Below, piece by piece: positions 27,754-37,104 of a DNA stretch of 64,000 nt. Origin of the DNA: a virus (lineage: Duplodnaviria; Heunggongvirae; Uroviricota; Caudoviricetes); IMG/VR virus record IMGVR_UViG_3300045977_000087; one strand, 5' to 3'. The notes under the pieces are model-generated. The model ran no database searches, had not been told where the DNA came from, and saw nothing but the letters and a program-made list of their open reading frames with translations. The position numbers were made by a program, and so were the translations under genes. Within the stretch, counting starts at the first letter, position 1. Each line of letters opens with the position of its first letter.

Positions 27754-28014
27754 ATGAAAAGGTATATTGTTATAGCAGCTATCCTATTAGGTATAGCTGC
27801 TTTTTTTGGCACCTGTATGTTCCTAGCCTTTGGAACAAGCCCAGAGAATCCATTACACAAATGTAATTACACTATTATTCAGGGGAAGAATATCTACCAC
27901 ACTTGTTACTATGAGTTTGGTGAAAGAGGTTGTGTTTTCTTTAAAGAACATGACACCAGACACCACAATTACATAAGGATATGCAGTGGTTTTAAAATTA
28001 TAAACAACAAATAG
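27754..28014 (+). CDS. Small membrane/Cys-containing protein
   Basis: 86 aa with an N-terminal TM helix and 5 Cys residues. Confidence 0.35.
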   Translation: MKRYIVIAAILLGIAAFFGTCMFLAFGTSPENPLHKCNYTIIQGKNIYHTCYYEFGERGCVFFKEHDTRHHNYIRICSGFKIINNK

Positions 28015-28043
28015 CTATTAAAGGACTAAATATTTGCTTATAT

Positions 28044-28298
28044 TTGGTCTATCTTTTTTCATCATTTAAAGATAATTGTATGCCACTAAAGTCTAAATAT
28101 AAGGGAGTAACAATAAGACCCTTTGGACAAAAGAAGTATTTTTCAATGGTAACCCACAAAGGAATAAAGTATTATTGTGGTACTTACTATACAGAAATGG
28201 AAGCTGTTAAGGCCAGAGATTTAAAGATAATCAGGTTGAACCTTCCAGTAGCAACTCAAGTAATTAAAAAGTTGAATCATGAAAAGGAATTTGGTTAA
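28044..28298 (+). CDS. Hypothetical protein
   Basis: 84-aa ORF. Confidence 0.35.
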   Translation: MVYLFSSFKDNCMPLKSKYKGVTIRPFGQKKYFSMVTHKGIKYYCGTYYTEMEAVKARDLKIIRLNLPVATQVIKKLNHEKEFG

Positions 28299-28437
28299 AT
28301 GGATAGTTCTAATCTTTCTGATAGGATTAGGCTTTGCCCTAGCTGCATGGATATATTATAATATCAGTACTTGGCTGGGCATTTTAATAGCTGCCATAGT
28401 GGTAGTGACTAGTGTTGACAGAATATTAAAAACTTAA
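28279..28437 (+). CDS. Small two-TM membrane protein (52 aa), not in the ORF track
   Basis: MKRNLVKWIVLIFLIGLGFALAAWIYYNISTWLGILIAAIVVVTSVDRILKT, with the stop codon verified at 28435-28437. Confidence 0.35.
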   Translation: MKRNLVKWIVLIFLIGLGFALAAWIYYNISTWLGILIAAIVVVTSVDRILKT

Positions 28438-28441
28438 TCTT

Positions 28442-28609
28442 ATGAGCAAAGATGTAATTAAATATGTAGGATACCCTATTCTGATAGGTGGGGCATTCTT
28501 TTTAGCTGCATGGTTATTCAACCATGTTAACCCTTGGGTTGGCCTTGGAGCAGCAGGACTGATTCTTATAATTGTAATAATGCTAATCAATAAACACTTT
28601 ATAAATTAA
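28442..28609 (+). CDS. Small two-TM membrane protein (55 aa), not in the ORF track
   Basis: MSKDVIKYVGYPILIGGAFFLAAWLFNHVNPWVGLGAAGLILIIVIMLINKHFIN, with the stop codon verified at 28607-28609. Confidence 0.35.
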   Translation: MSKDVIKYVGYPILIGGAFFLAAWLFNHVNPWVGLGAAGLILIIVIMLINKHFIN

Positions 28610-28614
28610 ACAAC

Positions 28615-29115
28615 ATGGAGAAATTAAAAATCACAGAAGAGATGAATGTGCACAAAGAATGGTATGCACAGGCAAGTAAACAGACCTTAGAAACTCTACC
28701 AGAGTTTCTTAGGCATTTAATGGAGGACTATGGTCATGATTATGGTACTATAGTACATGCACTAGCTGCAGGTTCTATTGCCACAGCATGGGCTATGAAT
28801 GGAGCTCCACATGGTGGTATCACAGGGTTTCAGGCAGGAGCTGTTATGTGGCAGTTCATTAGAGGATGGAACTATGAGGAGAATAAAACTGGTATGAAGC
28901 TGATTAATTATGATAAGATGCTTTACCCACAATATGACCACATGTTTGCCAAGACCATTAAGCAAAGCACTTGGGAGAATATTCAGAAAGAGGCTAAGAA
29001 GTTCCTTGAAAGAGAGGACTATGTACACCCTAATGTAAGACAACATTGGAAGTCTATTGTAGCAGGTGTTGTTCCTTTTGGATATACCATAGAATCAGAA
29101 GCAGAAAATAACTAA
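28615..29115 (+). CDS. Hypothetical protein
   Basis: 166-aa ORF. Confidence 0.45.
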   Translation: MEKLKITEEMNVHKEWYAQASKQTLETLPEFLRHLMEDYGHDYGTIVHALAAGSIATAWAMNGAPHGGITGFQAGAVMWQFIRGWNYEENKTGMKLINYDKMLYPQYDHMFAKTIKQSTWENIQKEAKKFLEREDYVHPNVRQHWKSIVAGVVPFGYTIESEAENN

Positions 29116-29130
29116 AAACCAAATAACAAA

Positions 29131-29943
29131 ATGAGAAAAGCGTATTTACTCTTGGGCCTTGTAACTGTATTACTGACCCAAACTTCATGTGACAGAGTTG
29201 CACCTAACTACTATGGTGTATTAATGGAAAATTATGGTAAGAATGGTAAAGAGGACTATACCAGAGTTAAGGGTAGAGTGTCAACTTGGCCAGCAGGTGT
29301 GGAATTATTTCAGGTTCCTGCTTGGGAGCAAAGAGCTAAGTTTACTAATGATGAAGGTAAGGATAGAGTGTTGGCATTGAAAGCTGCAGATAATACTGCA
29401 TTTACTGCTAAGCCATTATATAGCTATGCTGCCATTGAAAGTAAGGTAGTTGACCTGGTATTTCAGAATGCAAGGTTAGGTAGTGGTGATGACTTCATGA
29501 GGGCCCTTGAGGATAATGTAATAGAGCCAAGAATCTATGACTTAATCAAGGAGGAATCAAGGAAATACAACACTGATGCTTTGATGGCAGCAGGTGGTTC
29601 CCTTAAGTTTGAGCAGGATGTTCAGAACATCCTTAAGAAAGAGTTTGATAAGGTGGGGTTACACTTAATAAGCTTTAGTGCAAATCTTGACTTCTCAGAT
29701 AAAGTTAAGGCCAAGCTTGATACAAGGAATGAGGTTAATACTAACTTGTCTGTTCTTGACCAACAAATACTTGAACAGAGAAAGAAAAATGAGCTTGAGG
29801 CATTAAAGGCTGAGCAGAATATCATCAGAAGCAGGGGTATTACACCTCAAATCCTTAATGAGTATGCTATTGACAAGTGGGATGGAAGACTTCCATCTAC
29901 TTATTCTGGAGGAAGTTTGCCATTTGTTAAGACTGTGAACTAA
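29131..29943 (+). CDS. Lipoprotein, possible SPFH/band-7-like
   Basis: The signal peptide LLGLVTVLLTQTSC carries a lipobox Cys. The C-terminal coiled-coil region (LEQRKKNELEALKAEQNIIRSRG) resembles SPFH family tails. Weak assignment. Confidence 0.35.
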   Translation: MRKAYLLLGLVTVLLTQTSCDRVAPNYYGVLMENYGKNGKEDYTRVKGRVSTWPAGVELFQVPAWEQRAKFTNDEGKDRVLALKAADNTAFTAKPLYSYAAIESKVVDLVFQNARLGSGDDFMRALEDNVIEPRIYDLIKEESRKYNTDALMAAGGSLKFEQDVQNILKKEFDKVGLHLISFSANLDFSDKVKAKLDTRNEVNTNLSVLDQQILEQRKKNELEALKAEQNIIRSRGITPQILNEYAIDKWDGRLPSTYSGGSLPFVKTVN

Positions 29944-30120
29944 TGGGAAGAGCACCTGAAATAAAGTTTACTCTTGAGGATAAAGAGGTACTTAAAAAGA
30001 AGAGCAGAGAGGCCAGAGAGGCCAGTATTGAATTTGAACTTGACTGCCAAATTAGAAAAGGCAGAAAAAGGCTGGAAAAGCAGTAAAATTTTGTACCTTT
30101 AATCACTAAATCTAAGTAAA

Positions 30121-30363
30121 ATGAGAAAGTTTGCTATAATTGTTGTCATAGGTATTGCTATAGCAGTAATATTAATGTTAATAGGTTGTACAGCTCATGT
30201 TACAGCTAGGCCAACAAGGACATGGCCACCTCATAGACCTCACTATGAGGAAAGACATAGAGATTGTGATAGAGACAGGGATGGCAATTGCCATCATCAC
30301 CATAAGAAAGGAAAAGGCCATTATAAGCACAAAGGTAAAGGGCATGGTCATCATGGTGATTAG
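30121..30363 (+). CDS. Small His-rich membrane-anchored protein
   Basis: 80 aa with an N-terminal TM helix, then RHRDCDRDRDGNCHHHHKKGKGHYKHKGKGHGHHGD. Confidence 0.45.
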   Translation: MRKFAIIVVIGIAIAVILMLIGCTAHVTARPTRTWPPHRPHYEERHRDCDRDRDGNCHHHHKKGKGHYKHKGKGHGHHGD

Positions 30364-30365
30364 GA

Positions 30366-30395
30366 AAAGGGCTTGAAGATAGCCCTTTTCTGTTC
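30366..30395 (+). terminator. Rho-independent terminator
   Basis: Stem aagggct/agccctt, loop tgaagat, then ttctgttct. Confidence 0.55.
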
Positions 30396-30589
30396 TAAAA
30401 TTGGTATGAGATATGAGCTTAAGACCCCAAGAGTATCTACAAATAGAAAACCCTCCTATCACTAAGAGGGTTCTCTGGGGAGCGTGGCAAAAAATCCAGG
30501 AGAGTTATTTCTTTGTCGGGTTATATCTCATACCAAATTTACAATTAAATTTTATACAAACAGTAATATTAATTAAATTTTTACACAAC

Positions 30590-31111
30590 ATGGAAAACAA
30601 CATGGAGAATACCCCAGAGAATCAAGGAGAGGAGTTTATTAATAACCCTAAAACCCCTAACAATGAAAGCACAGAAAGCACCCAAAACTGGGAAGAAGGC
30701 ATACCAAGCCAAGAAGCCAAAGATGCCTATGAAGCCAAAAAAAGCTTAAGGGTAACCTCAGTAATGTGGGAAGGGATGGTAATTGACATTGACCATACCC
30801 AAGATTGTGTATCAGGTGCCCTTGGAACTGACCTTGATACTATAGTTGAGAAACTTGACAGAATCAAGGAGAAGAAAGACTACAGAAGAGAGATGTGTGC
30901 ACAACTACCTGAAGATGATTGTGCATGTATGCAGAAATCTGAAATTGGTGTAGAAGTTCTAAGAAGCTTCAGTATTCAGGAAATTATGTTTCTTGCCCTT
31001 AGAGGAATAGATGCCATATTTGATGAAACTGAGAGGGAAGCTGTCCCTCAGGCTCTTATGAATTTCCTTGCTAAGATACAATCTGCAGAAAGGAAAAGAT
31101 TAGGTGAGTAA
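30590..31111 (+). CDS. Hypothetical acidic protein
   Basis: Start placed at the internal Met MENNMENTPEN. The upstream part of the track ORF (30413-30589) is AT-rich and contains a hairpin, so it is probably non-coding. Confidence 0.4.
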   Translation: MENNMENTPENQGEEFINNPKTPNNESTESTQNWEEGIPSQEAKDAYEAKKSLRVTSVMWEGMVIDIDHTQDCVSGALGTDLDTIVEKLDRIKEKKDYRREMCAQLPEDDCACMQKSEIGVEVLRSFSIQEIMFLALRGIDAIFDETEREAVPQALMNFLAKIQSAERKRLGE

Positions 31112-31116
31112 AAAGT

Positions 31117-31146
31117 AAGAGAGGCTTGTCCTCTCTTTCTTGTTTC
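31117..31146 (+). terminator. Rho-independent terminator
   Basis: Stem aagagagg/cctctctt, loop cttgt, then a T-rich tail. Confidence 0.55.
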
Positions 31147-31199
31147 TACACTAGCCTAGCTTCTGTTGTTTCAGTGAATTTTTTTCTTGCAAGGCTTGT

Positions 31200-31219
31200 G
31201 GCAACCCCCTAGTTAATTT
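31200..31219 (+). promoter_or_regulatory. Conserved promoter-like motif GGCAACCCCCTAGTTAATTTAT
   Basis: Copy of the recurring motif; the next ORF starts at 31338. Confidence 0.4.
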
Positions 31220-31337
31220 ATAGTGTTGCCTCAATTATTTTACATGGCAATACTGCATTTATTGGTTCAGTTTCAAATCCCTATGTTTAACCTACTACAA
31301 AAGGAAGAAAAGTAAAGGCTAATGGACAAGCCTTAAG

Positions 31338-31676
31338 ATGTCCAAATCTAACCTATCTAAAACAGTTAATATGAAAACAAAAACTACCAAAGCAAAAAGT
31401 TTATTACGTCTATTAAGAAGAAAGTTTAATTCATGGGTTAAGCCAGAACCTGGAGTGGTAGCTACACATCTTCAGGCAGAGAGCATTGTACATCTTCTTC
31501 GTAAAAGATACTCACTACATGAGCAGAATGAAATTCTGTTAGAATGTGGAGAGCTATTACTTACCTTAAGGGAGGAAGATAGGAGACATCTTGAAGCAAA
31601 GCTTCAGGATTTAAACACAGAAACAATGTCACTGGCTTCAGCTATGAATATGAGGGTTAAGCATATAGGGATTTAA
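31338..31676 (+). CDS. Hypothetical basic protein
   Basis: 112-aa ORF. Confidence 0.4.
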   Translation: MSKSNLSKTVNMKTKTTKAKSLLRLLRRKFNSWVKPEPGVVATHLQAESIVHLLRKRYSLHEQNEILLECGELLLTLREEDRRHLEAKLQDLNTETMSLASAMNMRVKHIGI

Positions 31677-31743
31677 ACAAAAAGAGGATACAAGGGGAAT
31701 AAGTCCTTACGGCATCCCCTGTACCTTTCTTGAAACAAAACAA

Positions 31744-31812
31744 GGGGAGATAGCAAAATGGTGCTTTATGTGGATATACATAATACAGGTTCAATTCCTG
31801 TTCTTCCCACCA
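31744..31812 (+). tRNA. tRNA-like gene with encoded CCA; non-canonical D/anticodon region (anticodon not assignable)
   Basis: 7-bp acceptor ggggaga/tcttccc (one G-U pair), U8, and a D region with GG. The T-arm acagg-TTCAATT-cctgt matches the T54-psi-C-R-A consensus. Discriminator A is followed by CCA. The best anticodon stem (ttatg/cataa) leaves an 8-nt loop. Confidence 0.4.
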
Positions 31813-32125
31813 AAAAGCAGATATAAGTAGTCCTAGTACCTATTAAGGTCCACATAGTGGTAAACCTTTGGAGAACACACTCAAGCATATGCGCTTTCCT
31901 TGCTATAAAGTACCTGTACCCTGAGGGGGGAGTAGTGTCATCCACAATAGCAAGGTTTTGTATTAAAATAAATGAAATACGTTCTTTGAAAGCAGATTGA
32001 TTAAGTACTTGCTACAGTACATAAATATCAGTCAAATTAAGTCCAAGTCTTGAGCCTGCAGTTCCTCATTTATCTGTAAGCATAGAGACACCAAAACAAA
32101 TTATTTACTTTTTAATTATTTAAAC

Positions 32126-32836
32126 ATGGAAAATTTAAATCCAACACAGACTCCAGTTGAAACACCTAGTTCAACACCAACTCCAGTACCAACTCCAGCA
32201 CCTAAATCAGAGATTAGAAAAGAGATTATACCTCAACCTATTGCTATTTCAAGAGTGTATGAAGCTCAGTTCCAAAAAGAAGGAACTATGACAGCTGAAT
32301 TAAAACAGACTATAACTACTAAGAGTTATTACCCAAATAAGTCTGTAAGCAGTAACCTGCAAGATAACCCATTCCAAATTAATGAGTTCAGCTTTAAAGA
32401 GTCAGAGCCATTTGTAAATGAGGAAACAAGGGTTGCTTGGGTAGATGTACCTGTAGGAACAACACCAGAAATTGTAGCTGAAAGATTAGCTAATGCTCCA
32501 GGTGCTTGTATCTATAAGATTCTATCTAACAAGCCTACAATCTCTGATAATCAACAAAGAGCTATTGTTTCTAAGATGACAAGTCTTGAAGCTATTGCAT
32601 CTAAGCAGGTTGTCAGATATCCTAAAGGTCATGAATCAGAAGGAAATCTGATTGTTGACCTAACAGGAAAACCCCAATATAGAAGTGTTTATTTCTCTAT
32701 GACAGCTAAAGAGGATATTGACCTAAGAACTGAAGACCCAGCTGATTTCTATGCAACTAAAGAAATAAGCATGGAGTTGACAAGAGGTGCAGTTCCTAAT
32801 ACTGCTGCTATTGTAGGAGACCAACACATTCTTTAA
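32126..32836 (+). CDS. Hypothetical protein with Pro/Thr-rich N-terminus
   Basis: 236 aa; the N-terminus carries TPVETPSSTPTPVPTPAPKS. Confidence 0.45.
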   Translation: MENLNPTQTPVETPSSTPTPVPTPAPKSEIRKEIIPQPIAISRVYEAQFQKEGTMTAELKQTITTKSYYPNKSVSSNLQDNPFQINEFSFKESEPFVNEETRVAWVDVPVGTTPEIVAERLANAPGACIYKILSNKPTISDNQQRAIVSKMTSLEAIASKQVVRYPKGHESEGNLIVDLTGKPQYRSVYFSMTAKEDIDLRTEDPADFYATKEISMELTRGAVPNTAAIVGDQHIL

Positions 32837-32908
32837 ATTTGTGGAACAAAGTGAGGTTAAAATGCCTTACTTTGTTCTTTTTTTTCAGATATAACATGTG
32901 ATAGAATT

Positions 32909-33217
32909 ATGATAAAGAAATTGACTTACATCACTGCAGAATTTGTAGAGATGAGTGCTCCAGAGGAGATGGTAGGCTATCTTGGCAACAAGAAGAACAG
33001 AGCCATAGTTACCCTTGAAACAGAAGATGGCCAAAAGGCTTTCTTTGAGGTCAGGGACAGTGTTATCCAAAGGATAACAAGATTAGGATTTTCAAAAGGT
33101 GATACAGTAACAGCAGGTTTTGTAATGATTGGCTCTGAAAAGGGAGGCAAGAAATACAATAACTTCTTCATTAACCAGATAGATTATGCAGAGCAACCAG
33201 GACCAGTTAGAAGTTGA
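32909..33217 (+). CDS. Hypothetical protein
   Basis: 102-aa ORF. Confidence 0.4.
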   Translation: MIKKLTYITAEFVEMSAPEEMVGYLGNKKNRAIVTLETEDGQKAFFEVRDSVIQRITRLGFSKGDTVTAGFVMIGSEKGGKKYNNFFINQIDYAEQPGPVRS

Positions 33218-33614
33218 GAATAAGGAGGAGAACAGGCAACAACTCTTAGATGCCCAAATACAGTTTCTAGTACTTCTTCAACTCACTATCATTAGGATAG
33301 AAGAGATGAAAAAGCATGGGTACATATATGGCAACATAAAGAACTTCCTTAATACAAGTAAAGAAAGATTTGAAGCCTTCATGAACCAAGTATTTAAAGT
33401 ACAAGGTGCCATGGACCAGGAAGATGCATACCATGTAACAGGTAAGCTTCTGACTATACAGGAAAAGGTAGAGAAAGTTCTTGAGAACAGATATGTTCTT
33501 ACTGTAGATGAGAGAAGGCTCAGAGCCAAAGCAATCCTTAGTCAATACATGATTAAACCTATGGTTGAGAAAGCATTAGGTGAGATGGAAGAAAAGAATT
33601 TGTTTAACTTTTAA
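33186..33614 (+). CDS. Hypothetical protein
   Basis: 142-aa ORF. Confidence 0.4.
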   Translation: MQSNQDQLEVENKEENRQQLLDAQIQFLVLLQLTIIRIEEMKKHGYIYGNIKNFLNTSKERFEAFMNQVFKVQGAMDQEDAYHVTGKLLTIQEKVEKVLENRYVLTVDERRLRAKAILSQYMIKPMVEKALGEMEEKNLFNF

Positions 33615-33624
33615 ACTTAACCTT

Positions 33625-35529
33625 ATGCGATTCTGTGTATTCGACTTAGAAGCAGATGGTTTACTTGATACCATCACTCTTATGCATTGCCTTTGTGTTT
33701 CTGTTTATGAAGACAATCTGCTTGTTGAAGAGCATGACTTCACAGACATGGATTTAGCCTTAGCATATCTTAAGGATGAACCCTGTATTGTAGGTCATAA
33801 TATTATCAGGTATGATTTGCCAGCTATATTTAAACTCTATGGTTGGACTTATACAGGCATATGCATAGATACTCTTGGGCTCTCATGGTATCTACACCCA
33901 GACCTCAAGCTTCATGGACTTGAAGAGTGGGGAGAAAGGGTAAGGGTAGCTAAGCCTGTAATCAAGGACTGGAAGAACCTCACTAAGGAAGAGTATGTTC
34001 ACAGATGCAGAACAGATGTCACTATTAATAGTATCATCTTTGGAAACTTTGTATCTCACCTACAAGAGATATATGCCCCAAATCCAATACTTCCTATTAT
34101 GAGATATCTCACTTGGAAATTGGACTGTATCAGAGAGCAGGAAGAGAATCCTTTAGTCATTGACAGAGCACATTGTGAAAGGGTACTTGCAGAGCTGAAT
34201 ATCCTTGTAAAAGAGAAGGAAGACCAGCTTGCTGCACATATGCCAAAGGTTATTAAGTATGAGACCAAGAAAAAGCCAGTTAAAATGTTCACTGTCAAAG
34301 GTGAACTTACCAAACTTGGTGCTGCTTGGTATGAGTCCTTATATGACCTTGACTTAGACCCAGAAACTACAATTGAATATCAGAAGATTAAAATGCAGGA
34401 GGACCCAAATCCTTCCAGCATAGACCAAATCAAAAGATGGCTTTTCAGTTTGGGATGGACTCCAACAATCTTCAAATATGTAGTCAATAAAAAAGGTACA
34501 GGTAAAAATGTACCACAACTTCAGAGTGAGAACAAGGAACTATGTCCCAACATAGTTGTCTTGACAGAAACTCATCCTGAACTTGAGGCACTACAAGGGC
34601 TTTTTATGCTAAGACACAGAGTAGGAATACTAGAGGGTTTCCTTGAATGTTCAAACTCACAAGGGCAGTTGATAGCTACAGTAGATGGGTTCACCAACAC
34701 TCTCAGGTTCAAGCATAGAAAGCCTTTTGTTAATCTCCCAGGTATAGACAAACCCTATGGAAGGGCAATTAGAAGTGCCATTATTGCACCTACAGAAGAA
34801 GATGTGTTCTTAGGCTCTGACATGACAGCCTTAGAGGACACCACCAAACAGCATTACATGTACTTCTATGACCCAGAGTATGTAAAGCAAATGAGAGTGC
34901 CAGGTTTTGACCCTCACACAGATATTGCAGTTCTTGCAAACATGATGACCATTGAAGAGGAAATCTTATTTAAAGAATTAAACCACAGAGAGGACCTGAA
35001 TGCAAATGAGTTAGTTATCTTTGCAGGCCTCAAGAAGAAAAGGAGTAAAGGCAAGACAATGAATTTTGCAGGGATTTATGGAGCAGGGCCAGATAAGATA
35101 TCAAAAACTACTGGTATGACCCTGCAACAATCCACAACCCTGCATAGGATATACTGGGTAAGGAATAAGGCAGTAAAGCAAGTGAGTGCTGACTGCATAT
35201 TCAAAGAAGTAAGAGGCCAATTATGGCTTTGGAATCCTATCAGTACTTTCTGGTATTCATTGAGAAAACCTAAAGACTGCTTCTCTACTTTAAATCAAGG
35301 CTCAGGAGTATATTGTTTTGATATAAACCTGAGAAATGTCAGAAACCAGGGCATTGTGGTGAGACTGCAATATCATGATGAGTGGGGAACCCACATTAAA
35401 AAGACCCAAAAAGAGGAGGTTACTGCTAAGCTGAATAGGGCTATAGCACAAACCAATGATACCCTCAGATTAAATGTCCCACTAGGGATGAGCATTGATT
35501 TTGGCAAAAATTATGCAGATTCCCATTGA
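33625..35529 (+). CDS. DNA polymerase, family A (Pol I-like) with 3'-5' exonuclease domain
   Basis: N-terminal FDLEADG (Exo I). The segment KGKTMNFAGIYGAG matches family-A motif B (K..NF...YG). LQYHDEWG matches motif C (HDE). Start placed at the internal Met MRFCVFDLE. Confidence 0.8.
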   Translation: MRFCVFDLEADGLLDTITLMHCLCVSVYEDNLLVEEHDFTDMDLALAYLKDEPCIVGHNIIRYDLPAIFKLYGWTYTGICIDTLGLSWYLHPDLKLHGLEEWGERVRVAKPVIKDWKNLTKEEYVHRCRTDVTINSIIFGNFVSHLQEIYAPNPILPIMRYLTWKLDCIREQEENPLVIDRAHCERVLAELNILVKEKEDQLAAHMPKVIKYETKKKPVKMFTVKGELTKLGAAWYESLYDLDLDPETTIEYQKIKMQEDPNPSSIDQIKRWLFSLGWTPTIFKYVVNKKGTGKNVPQLQSENKELCPNIVVLTETHPELEALQGLFMLRHRVGILEGFLECSNSQGQLIATVDGFTNTLRFKHRKPFVNLPGIDKPYGRAIRSAIIAPTEEDVFLGSDMTALEDTTKQHYMYFYDPEYVKQMRVPGFDPHTDIAVLANMMTIEEEILFKELNHREDLNANELVIFAGLKKKRSKGKTMNFAGIYGAGPDKISKTTGMTLQQSTTLHRIYWVRNKAVKQVSADCIFKEVRGQLWLWNPISTFWYSLRKPKDCFSTLNQGSGVYCFDINLRNVRNQGIVVRLQYHDEWGTHIKKTQKEEVTAKLNRAIAQTNDTLRLNVPLGMSIDFGKNYADSH

Positions 35530-35755
35530 TTACAGAGACTTCTTTATGTTCAGTATTCTTCAGCCACTTGGTGTGACTGAAGATTGTGACATGGAAGAGG
35601 TCTTTGACCATCTATATAGTATCAATGCTATTCCATTGCTAATAATAGATGACCCAGAGCACCCTTTACTTAAGTATAATAAGGAGATGCTACAAAAAGA
35701 TTTAAAAACAATCATCATAGCAATCAGCTATGAACATAATCCGTTTATATCATGA
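35495..35755 (+). CDS. Hypothetical protein
   Basis: 86-aa ORF bridging the polymerase and helicase genes. Confidence 0.35.
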   Translation: MILAKIMQIPIDYRDFFMFSILQPLGVTEDCDMEEVFDHLYSINAIPLLIIDDPEHPLLKYNKEMLQKDLKTIIIAISYEHNPFIS

Positions 35756-37104
35756 CAACAGAAGTCTTTAAAAAATTAAATACCCTACTTGAAAAACATT
35801 CATCAATCTTAGAGTGTGTAACTGAAGTTGAATTATTGAAAAACAGCATTGAGTCTGAAACTCTACTAGAATCCTTTGTCAACCATGTCAGAGGAATAGT
35901 GCAGTCTGAGGCTACATTAGCTGTAGTAAGCAATGGTGGAAAAGGGTTAGTAGCAATGGCCACAGGCTCAGGTAAGTCTAAGGTAGCTATTGACCTAGCC
36001 AAAATATATTGTGGCAACTCCACTGTTGGTATTATAGTTCCTACTGAAAAGCTAAGGGATGAAGGTTGGAGAGAGGAATTTGAAAAGTGGAAGGCTCAAG
36101 ATATTTGGAGAAGGGTTGAAAGCCTATGCTATGCATCAGGTTCTAAAATCAAGAACAAAACTCTTGGCCTGACTATCCTTGATGAAGCTCACAATATTAC
36201 TGAGCTTGGCAGTGAGTTCTTTGCAAACAATAAGACTGGACCTGTAGTGGCACTGACTGCTACTGTACCTACAGACAGAGTCAAACTTGATTTGCTAAAT
36301 AACTTAGGACTTAAGGTAGTCTATGAAGTAACACTTGACCAAGCTGTAAGGCTAGGTTTTGTGGCACCATATCAGATTACTGTAGTCTCTGTCCCTCTTA
36401 ATGGTATTGACAAGAACCAAAAAGGAGGCAGCAAGGATAAGCCTTTCATGACCACAGAGCAGAAGACTTATGAGTATCTAACCAAAAGGGTTCTTACCTC
36501 TCCTTCAGGCACTAAAGCATATCAGTTTGCTGTCCTAAGAAGAATGCAGTTCCTATATGGTGTACAAAGTAAGGTAGATGCTGCAAAGGCTTTGCTTGAG
36601 CATGTTGTTCCCAAAGAAGACAGAACCTTAATCTTTTGTGGCAATATTAAGGCTGCAGAAGAAATCTGGCCACATACTTATCATTCTAAGAGTGGCAGTT
36701 CCTATTTTAATGCTTTCAAGAAAGAGGAAATAGACAGGCTTTCTTGTGTACAGGCTCTAAATGAAGGTCAGAATATCCCTAATGTTGACAGTGCTCTAAT
36801 CCATCAGCTTAACTCTAAGGAGAAGAATCTTATCCAAAGGATAGGAAGGATTATCAGGTTCAGACCTGGACATCAGGCTCATATTTGGATACTTGTCAGT
36901 GAAGGTACACAGGACACAGTCTGGCTTGACAATGCCACACAGAATTTGGATAAAAGAAAGATTAGACAAATCAAGTTGAATGACTTGCTTAGTGGCAATC
37001 TTACTTTCCAAGACCTACCTCAGTATAAAGAGCAGTCTTTAGATATGTTCTTAAATGCTGGAGTAAAAGAAATTCAAGTTGGTTCTAAAACTTATAAGCT
37101 ATGA
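35752..37104 (+). CDS. SF2 DEAH-box helicase
   Basis: Walker A is MATGSGKSKVA; the DEAH box is TILDEAHNI. C-terminal helicase motifs are present. 450 aa. Confidence 0.65.
   Translation: MTTEVFKKLNTLLEKHSSILECVTEVELLKNSIESETLLESFVNHVRGIVQSEATLAVVSNGGKGLVAMATGSGKSKVAIDLAKIYCGNSTVGIIVPTEKLRDEGWREEFEKWKAQDIWRRVESLCYASGSKIKNKTLGLTILDEAHNITELGSEFFANNKTGPVVALTATVPTDRVKLDLLNNLGLKVVYEVTLDQAVRLGFVAPYQITVVSVPLNGIDKNQKGGSKDKPFMTTEQKTYEYLTKRVLTSPSGTKAYQFAVLRRMQFLYGVQSKVDAAKALLEHVVPKEDRTLIFCGNIKAAEEIWPHTYHSKSGSSYFNAFKKEEIDRLSCVQALNEGQNIPNVDSALIHQLNSKEKNLIQRIGRIIRFRPGHQAHIWILVSEGTQDTVWLDNATQNLDKRKIRQIKLNDLLSGNLTFQDLPQYKEQSLDMFLNAGVKEIQVGSKTYKL

Noticed and set aside
31261-31290. T-loop-like string ttcaaatcc
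   Set aside because: No complementary T-stem, acceptor stem or other tRNA arms can be formed around it.
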